A stretch of DNA of 39,691 nt from Thermoanaerobaculia bacterium (lineage in GTDB: Bacteria; Acidobacteriota; Thermoanaerobaculia; Multivoradales; UBA5704), in NCBI GenBank assembly GCA_035603315.1, contig DATNKQ010000569.1, forward strand, positions 1-39,691. The letters are read 5' to 3'. The notes beneath the pieces are model-generated. The model ran no database searches. It saw only the letters and a program-made list of their open reading frames with translations, and was not told the DNA's origin. A program made the position numbers and the translations under genes. Numbering within the stretch: the first letter of the stretch is position 1; every line of letters begins with the position of its first letter. Below are positions 9,629-19,397 of this stretch, piece by piece.

Positions 9629-9652
9629 GCTCGAATCAGTCCGGAGAAATAC

Positions 9653-10795
9653 TTGCGGGTTCTGACTCTCAGCAACTCCCCGCTCGACGCGTCTCTCGGC
9701 TCGGGTTATGTCATTCTCGGTTATGCCGACGGTTTACGGGCGCGCGGCCACGAGGTCGACCTCCTGGGCCCTCCCGACTACGAGCCACTTCACGGCCTGG
9801 CCCGCGGCATCCGCTACAAACAGGCCCTTGGGATGGCCGCCGCGAGTGTGCGGCGCGTGGCGCGGGAGGCCTACGACGTACTCGAGTTCTACGGCGGAGA
9901 GGCCTGGCTTGCCATCTCACTGCTGACGCGAGTTCCCGGGCGGCGCTTTCTCGTGGTCTGCCACTCTAATGGCCTGGAGACGCATTGCGCCCAAGTCATG
10001 CGAGGGGCAGAAGAGCCGGTCGCGTTGCAGCACTGGTATCAGGTTCGCCACGAAGCACTTTTCGCGTGGGGCTTCCGCGGCGCCGATGCCATCGTCACCG
10101 TGGCCCAGTACGATCGCGACTACGCCTTGCGACGGGGTTACAAGACTTCCCGCCAGGTGATTGCGATCGACAATCCGCTTCCAGAGGCGTTCTTGGGTCT
10201 CCAAGTCGACTTCGAGCGCGGGCCCGTCATCGGCTATTGTGGCTCGTGGCTGCCGCGCAAAGGAGTCGACCTGATCCAAAGGGACATTCCTCCCCTCCTC
10301 CGTGAGTTTCCCGCTTGGCGTCTGGTCCTCGTCGGAGTGGGCTCGGGCTTCCGGGCCGAGGAACATTTTCCGGCCGATGTCCTGCCGCAAATTTCGGTCA
10401 TCCCCTACGCAGATCGCGAGACGGACCTACGCTCGCTCTATCAAAGCTTTGCTATCGCCATCGTCCCCTCTCTTTACGAGAGCTTCGGGTTGAGCGCCGC
10501 AGAGGCGATGGCTTGCGGCTGCGCGCTCGTCGCTACTCGTGTTGGCTTCTCCGCCGGCGCACGCGATGGTGAGGACGCGCTCCTGCTCCACGAACCTGTC
10601 TCGCCCTCACTCTATGGCGCGCTCAAATCTCTGATTGATGACGAAGGGCTGCGGGAGCGAATCGCCCGCGCCGGCTACCGGCGGGTACAGTCGCTGCTGT
10701 GGGACGACGCCATCACTGTTATCGAGTCCGCCTACCTTTGCTGGCTCGCGGAGCTGCGAGCCGCGGAGAGCAGCGTCGATATCCGGCGGAGCTGA
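9653..10795 (+). CDS. Glycosyltransferase family 4
   Basis: The TTG start gives MRVLTLSNSPLDASLGSGY...LRARGHEV. C-terminal ESFGLSAAEAMACGCALVATRVG. Confidence 0.85.
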   Translation: MRVLTLSNSPLDASLGSGYVILGYADGLRARGHEVDLLGPPDYEPLHGLARGIRYKQALGMAAASVRRVAREAYDVLEFYGGEAWLAISLLTRVPGRRFLVVCHSNGLETHCAQVMRGAEEPVALQHWYQVRHEALFAWGFRGADAIVTVAQYDRDYALRRGYKTSRQVIAIDNPLPEAFLGLQVDFERGPVIGYCGSWLPRKGVDLIQRDIPPLLREFPAWRLVLVGVGSGFRAEEHFPADVLPQISVIPYADRETDLRSLYQSFAIAIVPSLYESFGLSAAEAMACGCALVATRVGFSAGARDGEDALLLHEPVSPSLYGALKSLIDDEGLRERIARAGYRRVQSLLWDDAITVIESAYLCWLAELRAAESSVDIRRS

Positions 10796-10882
10796 AGGCG
10801 AAGGGGATCTTCCACGGCGCGCTACTCGGTCGAATTCCTGCGATACCTCCTCGGGCTTCGCGCTCCCCGCACGACGCTGACC

Positions 10883-11449
10883 TTGGCGGAGACCGCATTC
10901 CTCCGTTCCCTGGCGTCGGACCGCCGTTGCGCAATCGAGGTCGGTGTCTTCGAAGGGGCGACGAGCGCCGTGCTGGCCGAGGCGATGCCGCCCGAAGGGA
11001 CACTTTATCTGGTCGACCCTTACGATCTCGGTGTCCGGCTCGAGGGGTTGCTCGGATTTTCCTTCACCTGGTTCGTTGCCCAGAGATCCGTGCGTCCCTG
11101 GCGTCAACGGGTTCACTTCGTGAGAACGACGTCCTTCGAAGCTGCACTTTCCCATCCCCTCGATCGCCCGGCGGATCTCATCTTCGTCGATGCCGACCAC
11201 AGCTACGAGGCGGTGCGCCAGGATTTCTTGGCGTGGGCTCCGAAGCTCGTAACCGACGGCGTCATGGCGTTCCACGACAGCCGCTGCTGCCCGGCGCGGC
11301 CGGATCTCAACCCGAGTACCGGGCCCGTGCGTCTCATGAGCGAAATTCGACTAGGTCTCTTCGGATCCTGGGAGGTGACGGCCGAAGCGGACTCGCTGAC
11401 TGCGGTTGCTCCCTTCAACGGGCGGCGACCTGGAGAGAATCGGGGGTAG
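10883..11449 (+). CDS. Class I SAM-dependent methyltransferase (Methyltransf_24 / O-methyltransferase-3-like)
   Basis: CAIEVGVFEGATSAVLAEAM and LIFVDADHSYEAVRQDFLAWAPKLVTDGVMAFHD. TTG 10883 is the first canonical start in a frame that is open from 10796. Confidence 0.7.
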   Translation: MAETAFLRSLASDRRCAIEVGVFEGATSAVLAEAMPPEGTLYLVDPYDLGVRLEGLLGFSFTWFVAQRSVRPWRQRVHFVRTTSFEAALSHPLDRPADLIFVDADHSYEAVRQDFLAWAPKLVTDGVMAFHDSRCCPARPDLNPSTGPVRLMSEIRLGLFGSWEVTAEADSLTAVAPFNGRRPGENRG

Positions 11450-11482
11450 GTTGGCCTGAGACTGATCCAAGCCGTTCCCTAC

Positions 11483-12523
11483 TTGCCGCCGCCCGTCGAG
11501 GGCGTCGGAAGCTACGCCCTGGCCCTCGCCGCGGCGCTCTTGGAACGCTTCGGGACCACGACCCGGTTTCTGGTCGGCAATCCCACCTGGACCGATGGGC
11601 AGGAGTCGGCCGGCGGCTCCGTCCTGAAGGTGGCGGCGCGGAGCGCGGATGACCTGGCGGAGCTTCTGGGAGACTCGAGCGTCCTTCTCCACTACGTCAA
11701 CTACGGCTACCACCCTCTCGCCTGTCCCCTCTGGCTCGTCGAGGGGCTGCAGCGCTGGCGGGCGCGCGGCGGCGGGCGCCGGCTGACTACGATCTTCCAC
11801 GAGGTCTACGCCGGCGGCCCGCCCTGGCGGAAGGTCTTCTGGACTTCGCCCCTGCAGCGGAGGCTCGCGGCGACCCTGGCCCGCCGGAGCGACGAAGTCG
11901 CCACAACCCTGGAGCTGTACGCCCAGATGCTGCAGCCCTGGATCCCCGGGCGAGAGATCACCGTGCATCCCGTGTTCTCGACGGTCGGCGAGCCCGCGAA
12001 CCTCTCCCCTCTGCGGGAGCGAGTGCCGAGGCTGGTCGTTTTCGGCAGCTCCGGTGTACGCGGTCGAGCCTACACGGGATTCCGGCAGGCCCTTGCTGCT
12101 ACTTGCCGCGAGCTCGGGATCGAGGAAATCGCCGACATCGGCCCTCCCACCAGCGCAGCCTCTTCGCCCGTCGAAGGCGTACCCCTCCGCAGGCTCGGAA
12201 TGCTGTCCGCGGTGGAGGTGAGCCATCTACTGCGCAACTCGCTGGCCGGATTCCTTGCCTATCCGCAGCCGTTCCTGCCCAAATCGACAATCTTCGCGGC
12301 CTACTGCGCCCACGGCGTGCTGCCGATCTGCTCCTGGATTCCGAGGCGTGGGACCGGGACCCTGGGAAAGGAGCTCACCTACTGGGCGCCGGGGGGTCTG
12401 CCCATGAGGAGCGCCGACCTCCAGGCAGTCGCTTCGAGAGCCCATACCTGGTACTCGGGCCACACCCTCGCGCGTCAGGCAGCTCTCTTCCACGACCTCC
12501 TCGTCGCCGCGAACAGCCGGTGA
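11483..12523 (+). CDS. Putative glycosyltransferase (GT-B-like). The start is probably CTG 11456.
   Basis: N-terminus PYLPPPVEGVGSYALALAAALLERF resembles the GT-B Gly-loop region. There is no clear EX7E motif, so the family is uncertain. The stop overlaps the next gene's GTG. Confidence 0.5.
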   Translation: MPPPVEGVGSYALALAAALLERFGTTTRFLVGNPTWTDGQESAGGSVLKVAARSADDLAELLGDSSVLLHYVNYGYHPLACPLWLVEGLQRWRARGGGRRLTTIFHEVYAGGPPWRKVFWTSPLQRRLAATLARRSDEVATTLELYAQMLQPWIPGREITVHPVFSTVGEPANLSPLRERVPRLVVFGSSGVRGRAYTGFRQALAATCRELGIEEIADIGPPTSAASSPVEGVPLRRLGMLSAVEVSHLLRNSLAGFLAYPQPFLPKSTIFAAYCAHGVLPICSWIPRRGTGTLGKELTYWAPGGLPMRSADLQAVASRAHTWYSGHTLARQAALFHDLLVAANSR

Positions 12524-13545
12524 AGCTCCTCGTCTATTCGCCGGCGTTCCATCCGCGGATCGGCGGCCTGGAGATCAACATCGCTCATTTCGCCACCGAG
12601 GCTCACCGCCTGGGCTGCGAGGTCGCCGTCGTGACGACGACCGAGAACAGCGGCTCCGAACCCTTCGACTTTCCGGTGATCCGCCGTCCCTCGCCTGGCG
12701 AGCTGTTGCACTGGGCGCGCTGGTGCGACATCTTCTACCAGGCCAACGTCAGCCTGCGCGGCCTCTGGCCGCTGCTCTTCGTGCGCCGGCCGTGGGCGGT
12801 GTCCCACCATAGCTGGTACCGTCATGAAGGCGGACGCCTCGCCTGGCAGGACCGCCTCAAGCGCTTCCTGCTGCGCTATGCCGCAGCCTCGATCGCGGTG
12901 AGCGAGGCCCTCGCCGCCGACCTGAAGACCCCCACGACCGTGATTCCCAACCCGTACCGCGACAATCTCTTCCGGATGCTTCCCAACATCGATCGCGCGC
13001 GCGATCTCGTCTTCCTCGGCCGGCTTGTCTCGGACAAGGGGGTCGACGTCCTGGTCGAGGCCCTCGGGCACCTCGCCGATCGCGGCCTGCGGCCGGGCCT
13101 CACCATCGTCGGCGACGGCCCCGAGGCGCCGCGGATCCGCGATCAGGCCGAGCGGCTGGGGGTCTTCGGCCAGATCGACATGCTCGGCATCCGCACCGAC
13201 GAGGAGCTGGTGCGGATCCTCAACCAGCACCGGATCCTCGTCGTCCCGTCGCGTTACAACGAGCCGTTCGGCATCGTCGCCCTGGAGGGGATTGCCTGCG
13301 GTTGCGTCGTCGTCGGCTCGCGGGGCGGCGGGCTCCGGGAGGCGATCGGTCCCTGCGGCAGAACCTTCCCGAATGGCGACTCCGCCCAGCTGGCCGCAAT
13401 CCTCGCCGACCTTCTCGGCCATCCGGAGCGCTACCGCGCCTACCGGCACCTGGCTCGGCTCCACCTGGCCGAGCACGCCGGCGAGCGGGTCACTCGGCGC
13501 TACCTGCAGACGCTCCAGGCAACGCTCGACGAGAGAGCCGCCTGA
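12520..13545 (+). CDS. Glycosyltransferase family 4
   Basis: GTG 12520 (GTGA overlap) gives VKLLVYSPAFHPRIGGLEINIAHFATEAHRLGCEV. C-terminal EPFGIVALEGIACGCVVVGSRGGGLREAIG. Confidence 0.85.
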   Translation: MKLLVYSPAFHPRIGGLEINIAHFATEAHRLGCEVAVVTTTENSGSEPFDFPVIRRPSPGELLHWARWCDIFYQANVSLRGLWPLLFVRRPWAVSHHSWYRHEGGRLAWQDRLKRFLLRYAAASIAVSEALAADLKTPTTVIPNPYRDNLFRMLPNIDRARDLVFLGRLVSDKGVDVLVEALGHLADRGLRPGLTIVGDGPEAPRIRDQAERLGVFGQIDMLGIRTDEELVRILNQHRILVVPSRYNEPFGIVALEGIACGCVVVGSRGGGLREAIGPCGRTFPNGDSAQLAAILADLLGHPERYRAYRHLARLHLAEHAGERVTRRYLQTLQATLDERAA

Positions 13546-13548
13546 GCC

Positions 13549-14982
13549 ATGAGCATCCGGCTCATCGTCCTCGTCGTCGGCGCCGCGGCGGTGCTGTGGT
13601 CGATGGTCCGCTGGCGGCAGGCGGTACAGATCGGCATGGTCCTCGTCGTCCTCGAAGGAGCGATCCGCAAGTGGTTGGTCCCCGGCGCCCAGGACCTGGC
13701 CTACTTCGCCAAGGACGTCTTCTTCCTCGGAGCCTACCTCGGCTACCTCCGCAGCCCGGCACGGCTCCGTTTTCCTCCGGCGCGGCTGCCGGCTCTTTAC
13801 GTCACCCTCGGAGCCAGCGCCATCTTGGGCCTGCTCGAGATCTTCAATCCCGAGTTGCCCAACGTCCTGGTGGGCATCCTGGGGGTCAAGTCCTACTTCT
13901 TCTACGTGCCGTTGCTCTTCGTCCTGCCGGCGACCTTCCGATCGGACGTCGAGCTGGGCCGCTTCCTGCGCCGCTATGCCCTGCTCTCGATCCCTGTGGG
14001 GCTCCTCGCCCTGGCGCAGTTCTTCAGCCCTTCCTCGAGCGCCCTGAACACCTATGCACGAGCCAGCGACGAAGGGTACGTGACCACCTTCGGAAGCTCT
14101 AACTTCGTCCGCGTCACCGGCACCTTCTCCTATATCTCCGGCTATGCCTCGTATCTCTTCGCGACCGCCATCCTCATCCTGGCGATCCTGGGGACGATCG
14201 GCTGGCGCTTCAAGAGGAATCTCTGGATCTACCTCGCTCTCGGCATGACCCTCCTGGGCATGCTGATGACGGGGTCTCGGGGTCCCGTTTTCACCCTGAT
14301 CCTGCTCTTTCCCCTCTACTGGTGGCTAACAGTCGTTCGCGAGCGTCAGGGCGGTGCGACCCTCCCGCGCCTGGTCCTGGCCCTCGGCTTGCTCGCCGTC
14401 TTCCTTTCATATGCGGGGCCGCAGGCGATCGGGGCTTTCGAGGGTCGGGCGATGGGAGGGGAGGACACGCTATCCCGGTTCACCGCCCCTTTCACCTCTC
14501 CCTATGAAGTCCTCCCGGACGTCGGCCTCTTCGGCTACGGCATCGGCTCGACCCACCAGACCGCCACCGCCGTCACCAAGGGTATCGTGCCCTATAGCTG
14601 GCTCCGCGGCCTGGAGGTCGAGGTCGAGTCCGGCCGCGTCATGATCGAGTTGGGGCCGGTGGGCTTCGTCCTCGTCTATTTCGCACGCATCTACCTCATC
14701 TTCTTCGCCTTCCGCCAAGTCCTCGCGCTCTCCACCACGTTCCATCGTGCGGTCGCGACCGCCGCCTTCCTGTTCGTCCTCGCCGAGCTCCCCGGCGGCG
14801 TGGTCTTCGACCTCACCACCGACGTCTACTACTGGTTCTTCACCGCCCTGCTGCTGACGGTGATGCGGCTCGATCGGCAATTCCAGCCGCCCGCGAAGGG
14901 CGTTCCCGCGGCGATCCGACCCGTCCCCCTGGCACTGGCAACCAACCGCACGCTGCCGCCCGTCCCTTCGCCCGCGCGATGA
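13549..14982 (+). CDS. O-antigen polymerase/ligase-like membrane protein (Wzy-like)
   Basis: 477-aa polytopic membrane protein with LGMLMTGSRGPVFTLILL, a Wzy_C/O-antigen-ligase-like SRG loop. Sits in a glycan locus. Confidence 0.7.
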   Translation: MSIRLIVLVVGAAAVLWSMVRWRQAVQIGMVLVVLEGAIRKWLVPGAQDLAYFAKDVFFLGAYLGYLRSPARLRFPPARLPALYVTLGASAILGLLEIFNPELPNVLVGILGVKSYFFYVPLLFVLPATFRSDVELGRFLRRYALLSIPVGLLALAQFFSPSSSALNTYARASDEGYVTTFGSSNFVRVTGTFSYISGYASYLFATAILILAILGTIGWRFKRNLWIYLALGMTLLGMLMTGSRGPVFTLILLFPLYWWLTVVRERQGGATLPRLVLALGLLAVFLSYAGPQAIGAFEGRAMGGEDTLSRFTAPFTSPYEVLPDVGLFGYGIGSTHQTATAVTKGIVPYSWLRGLEVEVESGRVMIELGPVGFVLVYFARIYLIFFAFRQVLALSTTFHRAVATAAFLFVLAELPGGVVFDLTTDVYYWFFTALLLTVMRLDRQFQPPAKGVPAAIRPVPLALATNRTLPPVPSPAR

Positions 14983-16184
14983 AAGCTCTCGTGACCCACC
15001 CCGGCCGGCAGCATTCGCACCAAGCCGCCCTCGGTCTCCAGGCGGCCGGGATGCTCGCCGGCTACTGGTCCGGCGTCCCAGCACGGGCGGAGCAGGCGGG
15101 CCGTTTCCCGGCGCTCCTGCGGCGCCGCCTTGCACGCTACGCTGCGGTTCCACTCAAACCCGGCCGGGTCCGCTGGTTCCCGTGGACGCCGGCCCTGCGC
15201 CGCCTCGGCGACGCCTTGCTCCCCGCCGCCGGAGCCGCCTGGGTCGATCTCTTCGCCTGCCGGCTCTTCGATCGCTGGGCGGCGGGGCGCCTGCGGCGGA
15301 CGCCCCGGCCCCCGGACGCCGTCATCGCCTGCGAGATCTCGGCCCTGGCGACCTTCCGCATCGCCCGGCGGCAGGGCATCACCACGATCCTCGACGCCCC
15401 CTCGCTCCATCACCAGGCGCAGGACCGCCTCCACGGCACGACCGATCCGCCAGCTCTCCATCGCCGGGTCACCCGCATCAAGGATCAGGAGATCGCGCTC
15501 GCCGACCACGTCCTGACCGTCTCCGCGCTGGCGCGCGACACCTACGTCGAGGCGGGCGTCCCGGCCGGAAAGGTCCACGCCGTCGCGCTTGGCGCCGACA
15601 CCGAGCTCTTCGCTCCCGCCGGCGAGCCGCAGCCGGCTGAGGAGGGCTTCGTCTTCCTCTTCTCCGGCGCCACGATCCGCCGCAAGGGCTTCGACATCCT
15701 CTTGGACGCCTTCGCGCGGGTGCAGACGGCCGAGCCCAGCGCGCGTCTGCGGATCGTCGGTCCACGGGGAGACTTCGCGGGCCTCCTCGCCGGGCGCTCG
15801 TCCGCGGCGATCTCGGTCTCGGGGCCGGTCGGCCAGACCGAGCTGGCCGCGGAGCTACGCCGCGCCGACTGTCTGGTGCTGCCGTCCCGCAACGACTCCT
15901 ACGGCATGGTGGTGCCCGAGGCCCTGGCCTCGGGCCTGCCCGTCCTCGTCTCGGAGATGGTGGGCGCCAAGGAGCTGGTCCTGCCGGGGAGGAACGGCTG
16001 GATCGTCCCGGCCGGCGACGTCGGCGCCCTCGCCGAGCGGATGGTCTGGTGCGCCCGCCATCGCGAGGCCGTGCGCGGGATGCGGGAGGAGTGCCGGCTC
16101 TCGGCGGCAGACGCCACCTGGCCGGCCTACCATCGGCGGTTGATCGCGCTGCTCTCCGCCCTCGTGCCGCCGAGGCGGGCGTGA
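14979..16184 (+). CDS. Glycosyltransferase family 4
   Basis: ATGA overlap with the upstream gene. FLFSGATIRRKGFDILLDAF and DSYGMVVPEALASGLPVLVSEMVGAKELVLPGRNGWIVPAGD. Confidence 0.85.
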   Translation: MKALVTHPGRQHSHQAALGLQAAGMLAGYWSGVPARAEQAGRFPALLRRRLARYAAVPLKPGRVRWFPWTPALRRLGDALLPAAGAAWVDLFACRLFDRWAAGRLRRTPRPPDAVIACEISALATFRIARRQGITTILDAPSLHHQAQDRLHGTTDPPALHRRVTRIKDQEIALADHVLTVSALARDTYVEAGVPAGKVHAVALGADTELFAPAGEPQPAEEGFVFLFSGATIRRKGFDILLDAFARVQTAEPSARLRIVGPRGDFAGLLAGRSSAAISVSGPVGQTELAAELRRADCLVLPSRNDSYGMVVPEALASGLPVLVSEMVGAKELVLPGRNGWIVPAGDVGALAERMVWCARHREAVRGMREECRLSAADATWPAYHRRLIALLSALVPPRRA

Positions 16185-17395
16185 GGATCCTCCACGTCGT
16201 CCCCACCTATGTCCCCGCCTGGCGCCACGGCGGAACAATCAAGGCCGTCCACGGCCTGACGAAGGCTCTCGCGGCGCGCGGGCACGAGGTCTCCGTCTTC
16301 ACAACCGACGTCCACGCCGACGGCACTCTCGGCGTGCCGCTCGGCGAACCGGTGAACCGGGACAGCGTCGAGGTGCTCTATTTCCCCGTGCGGCCGCCGC
16401 GCCGACTCTACCGTTCGCCCGCCATGGCGGAGGCCCTCGCCCGGGCGGTGCCGGCCTGCGACCTCGTGCACCTGCACTCGGTCTTCCTCTGGCCCACCTA
16501 TGCCGCCGCCCGCGCCGCCGAGCGCGCCGGGGTGCCCTTCCTCCTCTCCCCGCGCGGCATGCTGGTGCCGGACCTGCTGCGCCGGCGGGGGCGGCTGCGC
16601 AAGCACCTCTGGCTGCGCCTCGTCGAGCGGAGGACTCTCCTCGCCGCGGCCGGGCTCCACGCGACGAGCGACCTCGAGGCCGCACAGGCGGCGCTCCTCG
16701 GCCTCTACCTGCCGCCCGTCCACGTGGTGCCGAACGGGGTCGAGGCGGAGCCGCTCGCGGAAGGCGCCCAGCTCTCTCCGGGCGTCCGCTCCGCCCTCGC
16801 CCGCCCACCCCTCCTCCTATTCCTCGGGCGGGTGAGCTGGAAGAAGGGGCTCGACCGACTGATCCCTGCCCTCACCTACGTCCGGGAAGCGACGCTCGCC
16901 ATCGCCGGCAACGACGAGGAGGGGTATCGGCCGGCGCTCGAGAGGCTCGCCCGCCTGGCGGGAGTGGCCGACCGCGTCCTCCACCTCGGGCCGGTCCACG
17001 GCGCCGACAAGGCCGCCCTCCTCCACGGCGCCACCGCCCTCGTCCTCCCCTCCTACTCCGAGAACTTCGGCAACGTCGTCCTGGAGGCGATGGCGGCGGG
17101 CTGCCCGACCGTCGTCACCCCGGAGGTGGGTCTCGCGGAAACCGTCCGCGAGACCGGCGCCGGCCTCGTCTGCGACGGCGACCCGCTGCGGCTGGGAACC
17201 GCCCTCCGCGATCTCGTGGCGGACCCGGAAGGCCGGCGGGAGATGGGCCGGCGAGGTGTCGAGGCCGCCGAGCGGCGCTTCGGCTGGCCGGCGGTCGCCG
17301 AGCGCATGGAGGAGGTCTACGCGGGCGTCTTGCACGCTCGCCGGCACGGCCGCGCCGAAACCCGGGCAGCCTCCGCGGGGGTCGCGACGCCGTGA
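16181..17395 (+). CDS. Glycosyltransferase family 4
   Basis: GTG 16181 (GTGA overlap) gives VRILHVVPTYVPAWRHGGTIKAVHGLTKALAARGHEV. C-terminal ENFGNVVLEAMAAGCPTVVTPEVGLAETV. Confidence 0.85.
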   Translation: MRILHVVPTYVPAWRHGGTIKAVHGLTKALAARGHEVSVFTTDVHADGTLGVPLGEPVNRDSVEVLYFPVRPPRRLYRSPAMAEALARAVPACDLVHLHSVFLWPTYAAARAAERAGVPFLLSPRGMLVPDLLRRRGRLRKHLWLRLVERRTLLAAAGLHATSDLEAAQAALLGLYLPPVHVVPNGVEAEPLAEGAQLSPGVRSALARPPLLLFLGRVSWKKGLDRLIPALTYVREATLAIAGNDEEGYRPALERLARLAGVADRVLHLGPVHGADKAALLHGATALVLPSYSENFGNVVLEAMAAGCPTVVTPEVGLAETVRETGAGLVCDGDPLRLGTALRDLVADPEGRREMGRRGVEAAERRFGWPAVAERMEEVYAGVLHARRHGRAETRAASAGVATP

Positions 17396-18528
17396 GGATC
17401 TCCTTCCTGGTCGAGCGCCCCACCCAGTTCGAAGCGCCCTTTTTTCGCTACGCGGCGGGCGATCCCGGGCACGAGCTGCGCGCCCTCTTCACTGCCGCCG
17501 ACGTCGCGGAGCCGATCTTCGATCCCGAGCTGGGTCATACCGTGTCGTGGGGAATCGACCTCCTCGGCGGCTACCCGTATGCCGTCTGCCCCGCCCGCGG
17601 CCGGGGGCGATTCCTGGCGCGGGAGATCCGGCGCAATCGGTGCGACCTGCTGATCGCCAATGGCTACACTCGGAAGGACTACCTCGTCGCCGTCGGCCTC
17701 GCGCGGCGGGCGGGGGTTCCCACGGCCCTGCGCCTCGACTCCGTCCCCGAGCCCGAGGCCGCGCGCCGCCCCGCCCGGCGCCTCCTCTTCTCCGCCCTGC
17801 TGCGCCCGGCCTTCGACCTCTTCCTGGGCGTCGGCACCCTGACGCTCGACTATCTGGAGGCCTGCGGCGTTCCTCCCGAGCGCCGCGGGCTCTTCCCCTA
17901 CGCCGTCGACGTCGAACACTTCCGCGAGCGCTCGGGCCTATCCCCGGAAGAGCGGGAGGCGGCGCGGGCGCGGCTGGGCCTGACAGCGGGGGAGAAAGCC
18001 GTGCTCTCGGTGGCCAAGCTGAACCCGCGCGAAGGGCCCTGGGACCTGCTGCGGGCCCTGCCGCATCTCCCGGCGGGCGTCCGGCTGCTCCTCGCCGGCG
18101 ACGGCCCGCAGCGGGCGGAGCTCGAACAGCTGGCGGCGGAGCTTGGGCCCGGCAGGGCGCGCTTCCTCAGCTACGTCCCCTACCTCGAGCTGCCGGCCCT
18201 ATACGGGGCGGTTGACCTTTTCGTCCACACGGCCCGGGAGGAGCGTTGGGGGGTGTCGGTCGCCGAGGCGCTCGCCTGCGGCCTGCCCGTCGTCGCCTCG
18301 TCGCGGGTGGGGGCGGCCTACGACCTGGTAGCCCCGGGGCGGAACGGCGGGATCTACCCGTCCGGCGACGCACCGCTCCTGGCGCGCCGGGTCGAGGAGG
18401 CGCTCGCCCTGCCGCTCGCGGAGGTGCGGGCGGCCAGCGAGGAGATCCTCGCCCGCTGGGATTACCCCGCGAGCTGGCGGAGCCTGCTGGAGGCCGCTTC
18501 CCGCGTCTCCCGAGACCCCGCGTCATGA
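17392..18528 (+). CDS. Glycosyltransferase family 4 (divergent N-domain)
   Basis: GTGA overlap with the upstream gene. C-terminal ERWGVSVAEALACGLPVVASSRVGAAYDLVAPGRNGGIYPSGD. Confidence 0.75.
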   Translation: MRISFLVERPTQFEAPFFRYAAGDPGHELRALFTAADVAEPIFDPELGHTVSWGIDLLGGYPYAVCPARGRGRFLAREIRRNRCDLLIANGYTRKDYLVAVGLARRAGVPTALRLDSVPEPEAARRPARRLLFSALLRPAFDLFLGVGTLTLDYLEACGVPPERRGLFPYAVDVEHFRERSGLSPEEREAARARLGLTAGEKAVLSVAKLNPREGPWDLLRALPHLPAGVRLLLAGDGPQRAELEQLAAELGPGRARFLSYVPYLELPALYGAVDLFVHTAREERWGVSVAEALACGLPVVASSRVGAAYDLVAPGRNGGIYPSGDAPLLARRVEEALALPLAEVRAASEEILARWDYPASWRSLLEAASRVSRDPAS

Positions 18529-19397
18529 GCTCCGGGACCCCCCTGACCGTTCTCGTCGTCACCCGCGACGAGGAGCTCAACATCGAGCGCTCGCTCCAGA
18601 GCGTCCACGGCTTCGCCGACCAGATCCTCGTCATCGACTCGGAGAGCACGGACTGCACGGTCGAGATCGCCAGCCATTTCGCCGACGGCGTCCACAAGCT
18701 CCCCTACGAGCACGGGCGCATCATTCCCTGGATCTTCCAGTGGGGCCTCGACAACCTGCCGATCCGCAACGACTGGGTGCTTATCCTGGAGGCCGATCAG
18801 GCGATCCCGGAGCCGTTGCGTCGGGAGATCGCGGAGCTCCTCGCCCGGCCCGCCGTCGACGAGGACGGCTTCTACATCCGCCGCCGCCAGATCTTCCGCG
18901 GCCGTCCCATCCGCTTCGGCGGCTACGGCGGCAAGCACCTCCTGAAGCTCTTCCGGCGCAGCCGCGCCGAGCTCGATCCCCTGGAGCAGGACACCCGGGT
19001 CTACGTCCGCGGCGCGGTCGGCCGGCTGCGCTCGCCGCTCGAGGAGTGGAACCTCAAGGAGGACGCCATCCTCTTCTACCTCCAGAAGCACCTGCGCTAC
19101 GCGGAGGCCTTCGCCCGGGAGGAGCTGGAGCGGCGGCGGCGCGACATCCCCTGGAAGCTCACGCCCAGGTTCTTCGGCAGCTCCGACGAGCGGACTCTCT
19201 GGTTCAAGACGCGGTACTATCGGCTGCCCTTGTACCTGCGCCCTTTCCTCTACTTCGTCTACCGCTACTTCTTCCTCTTCGGCATCCTCGACGGGGCGAA
19301 CGGGTTCGTCTTCCACTTCCTGCAAGCCTTCTGGTTCCGCCTGGTGGTGGACATCCGCCTTGCCGAGCTGCTGCGGGCCGAGCCGGAGAAACGATGA
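18525..19397 (+). CDS. Glycosyltransferase family 2 (GT-A)
   Basis: ATG 18525 (ATGA overlap) gives MSSGTPLTVLVVTRDEELNIERSLQSV...ILVIDSESTDCT. Confidence 0.8.
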   Translation: MSSGTPLTVLVVTRDEELNIERSLQSVHGFADQILVIDSESTDCTVEIASHFADGVHKLPYEHGRIIPWIFQWGLDNLPIRNDWVLILEADQAIPEPLRREIAELLARPAVDEDGFYIRRRQIFRGRPIRFGGYGGKHLLKLFRRSRAELDPLEQDTRVYVRGAVGRLRSPLEEWNLKEDAILFYLQKHLRYAEAFAREELERRRRDIPWKLTPRFFGSSDERTLWFKTRYYRLPLYLRPFLYFVYRYFFLFGILDGANGFVFHFLQAFWFRLVVDIRLAELLRAEPEKR

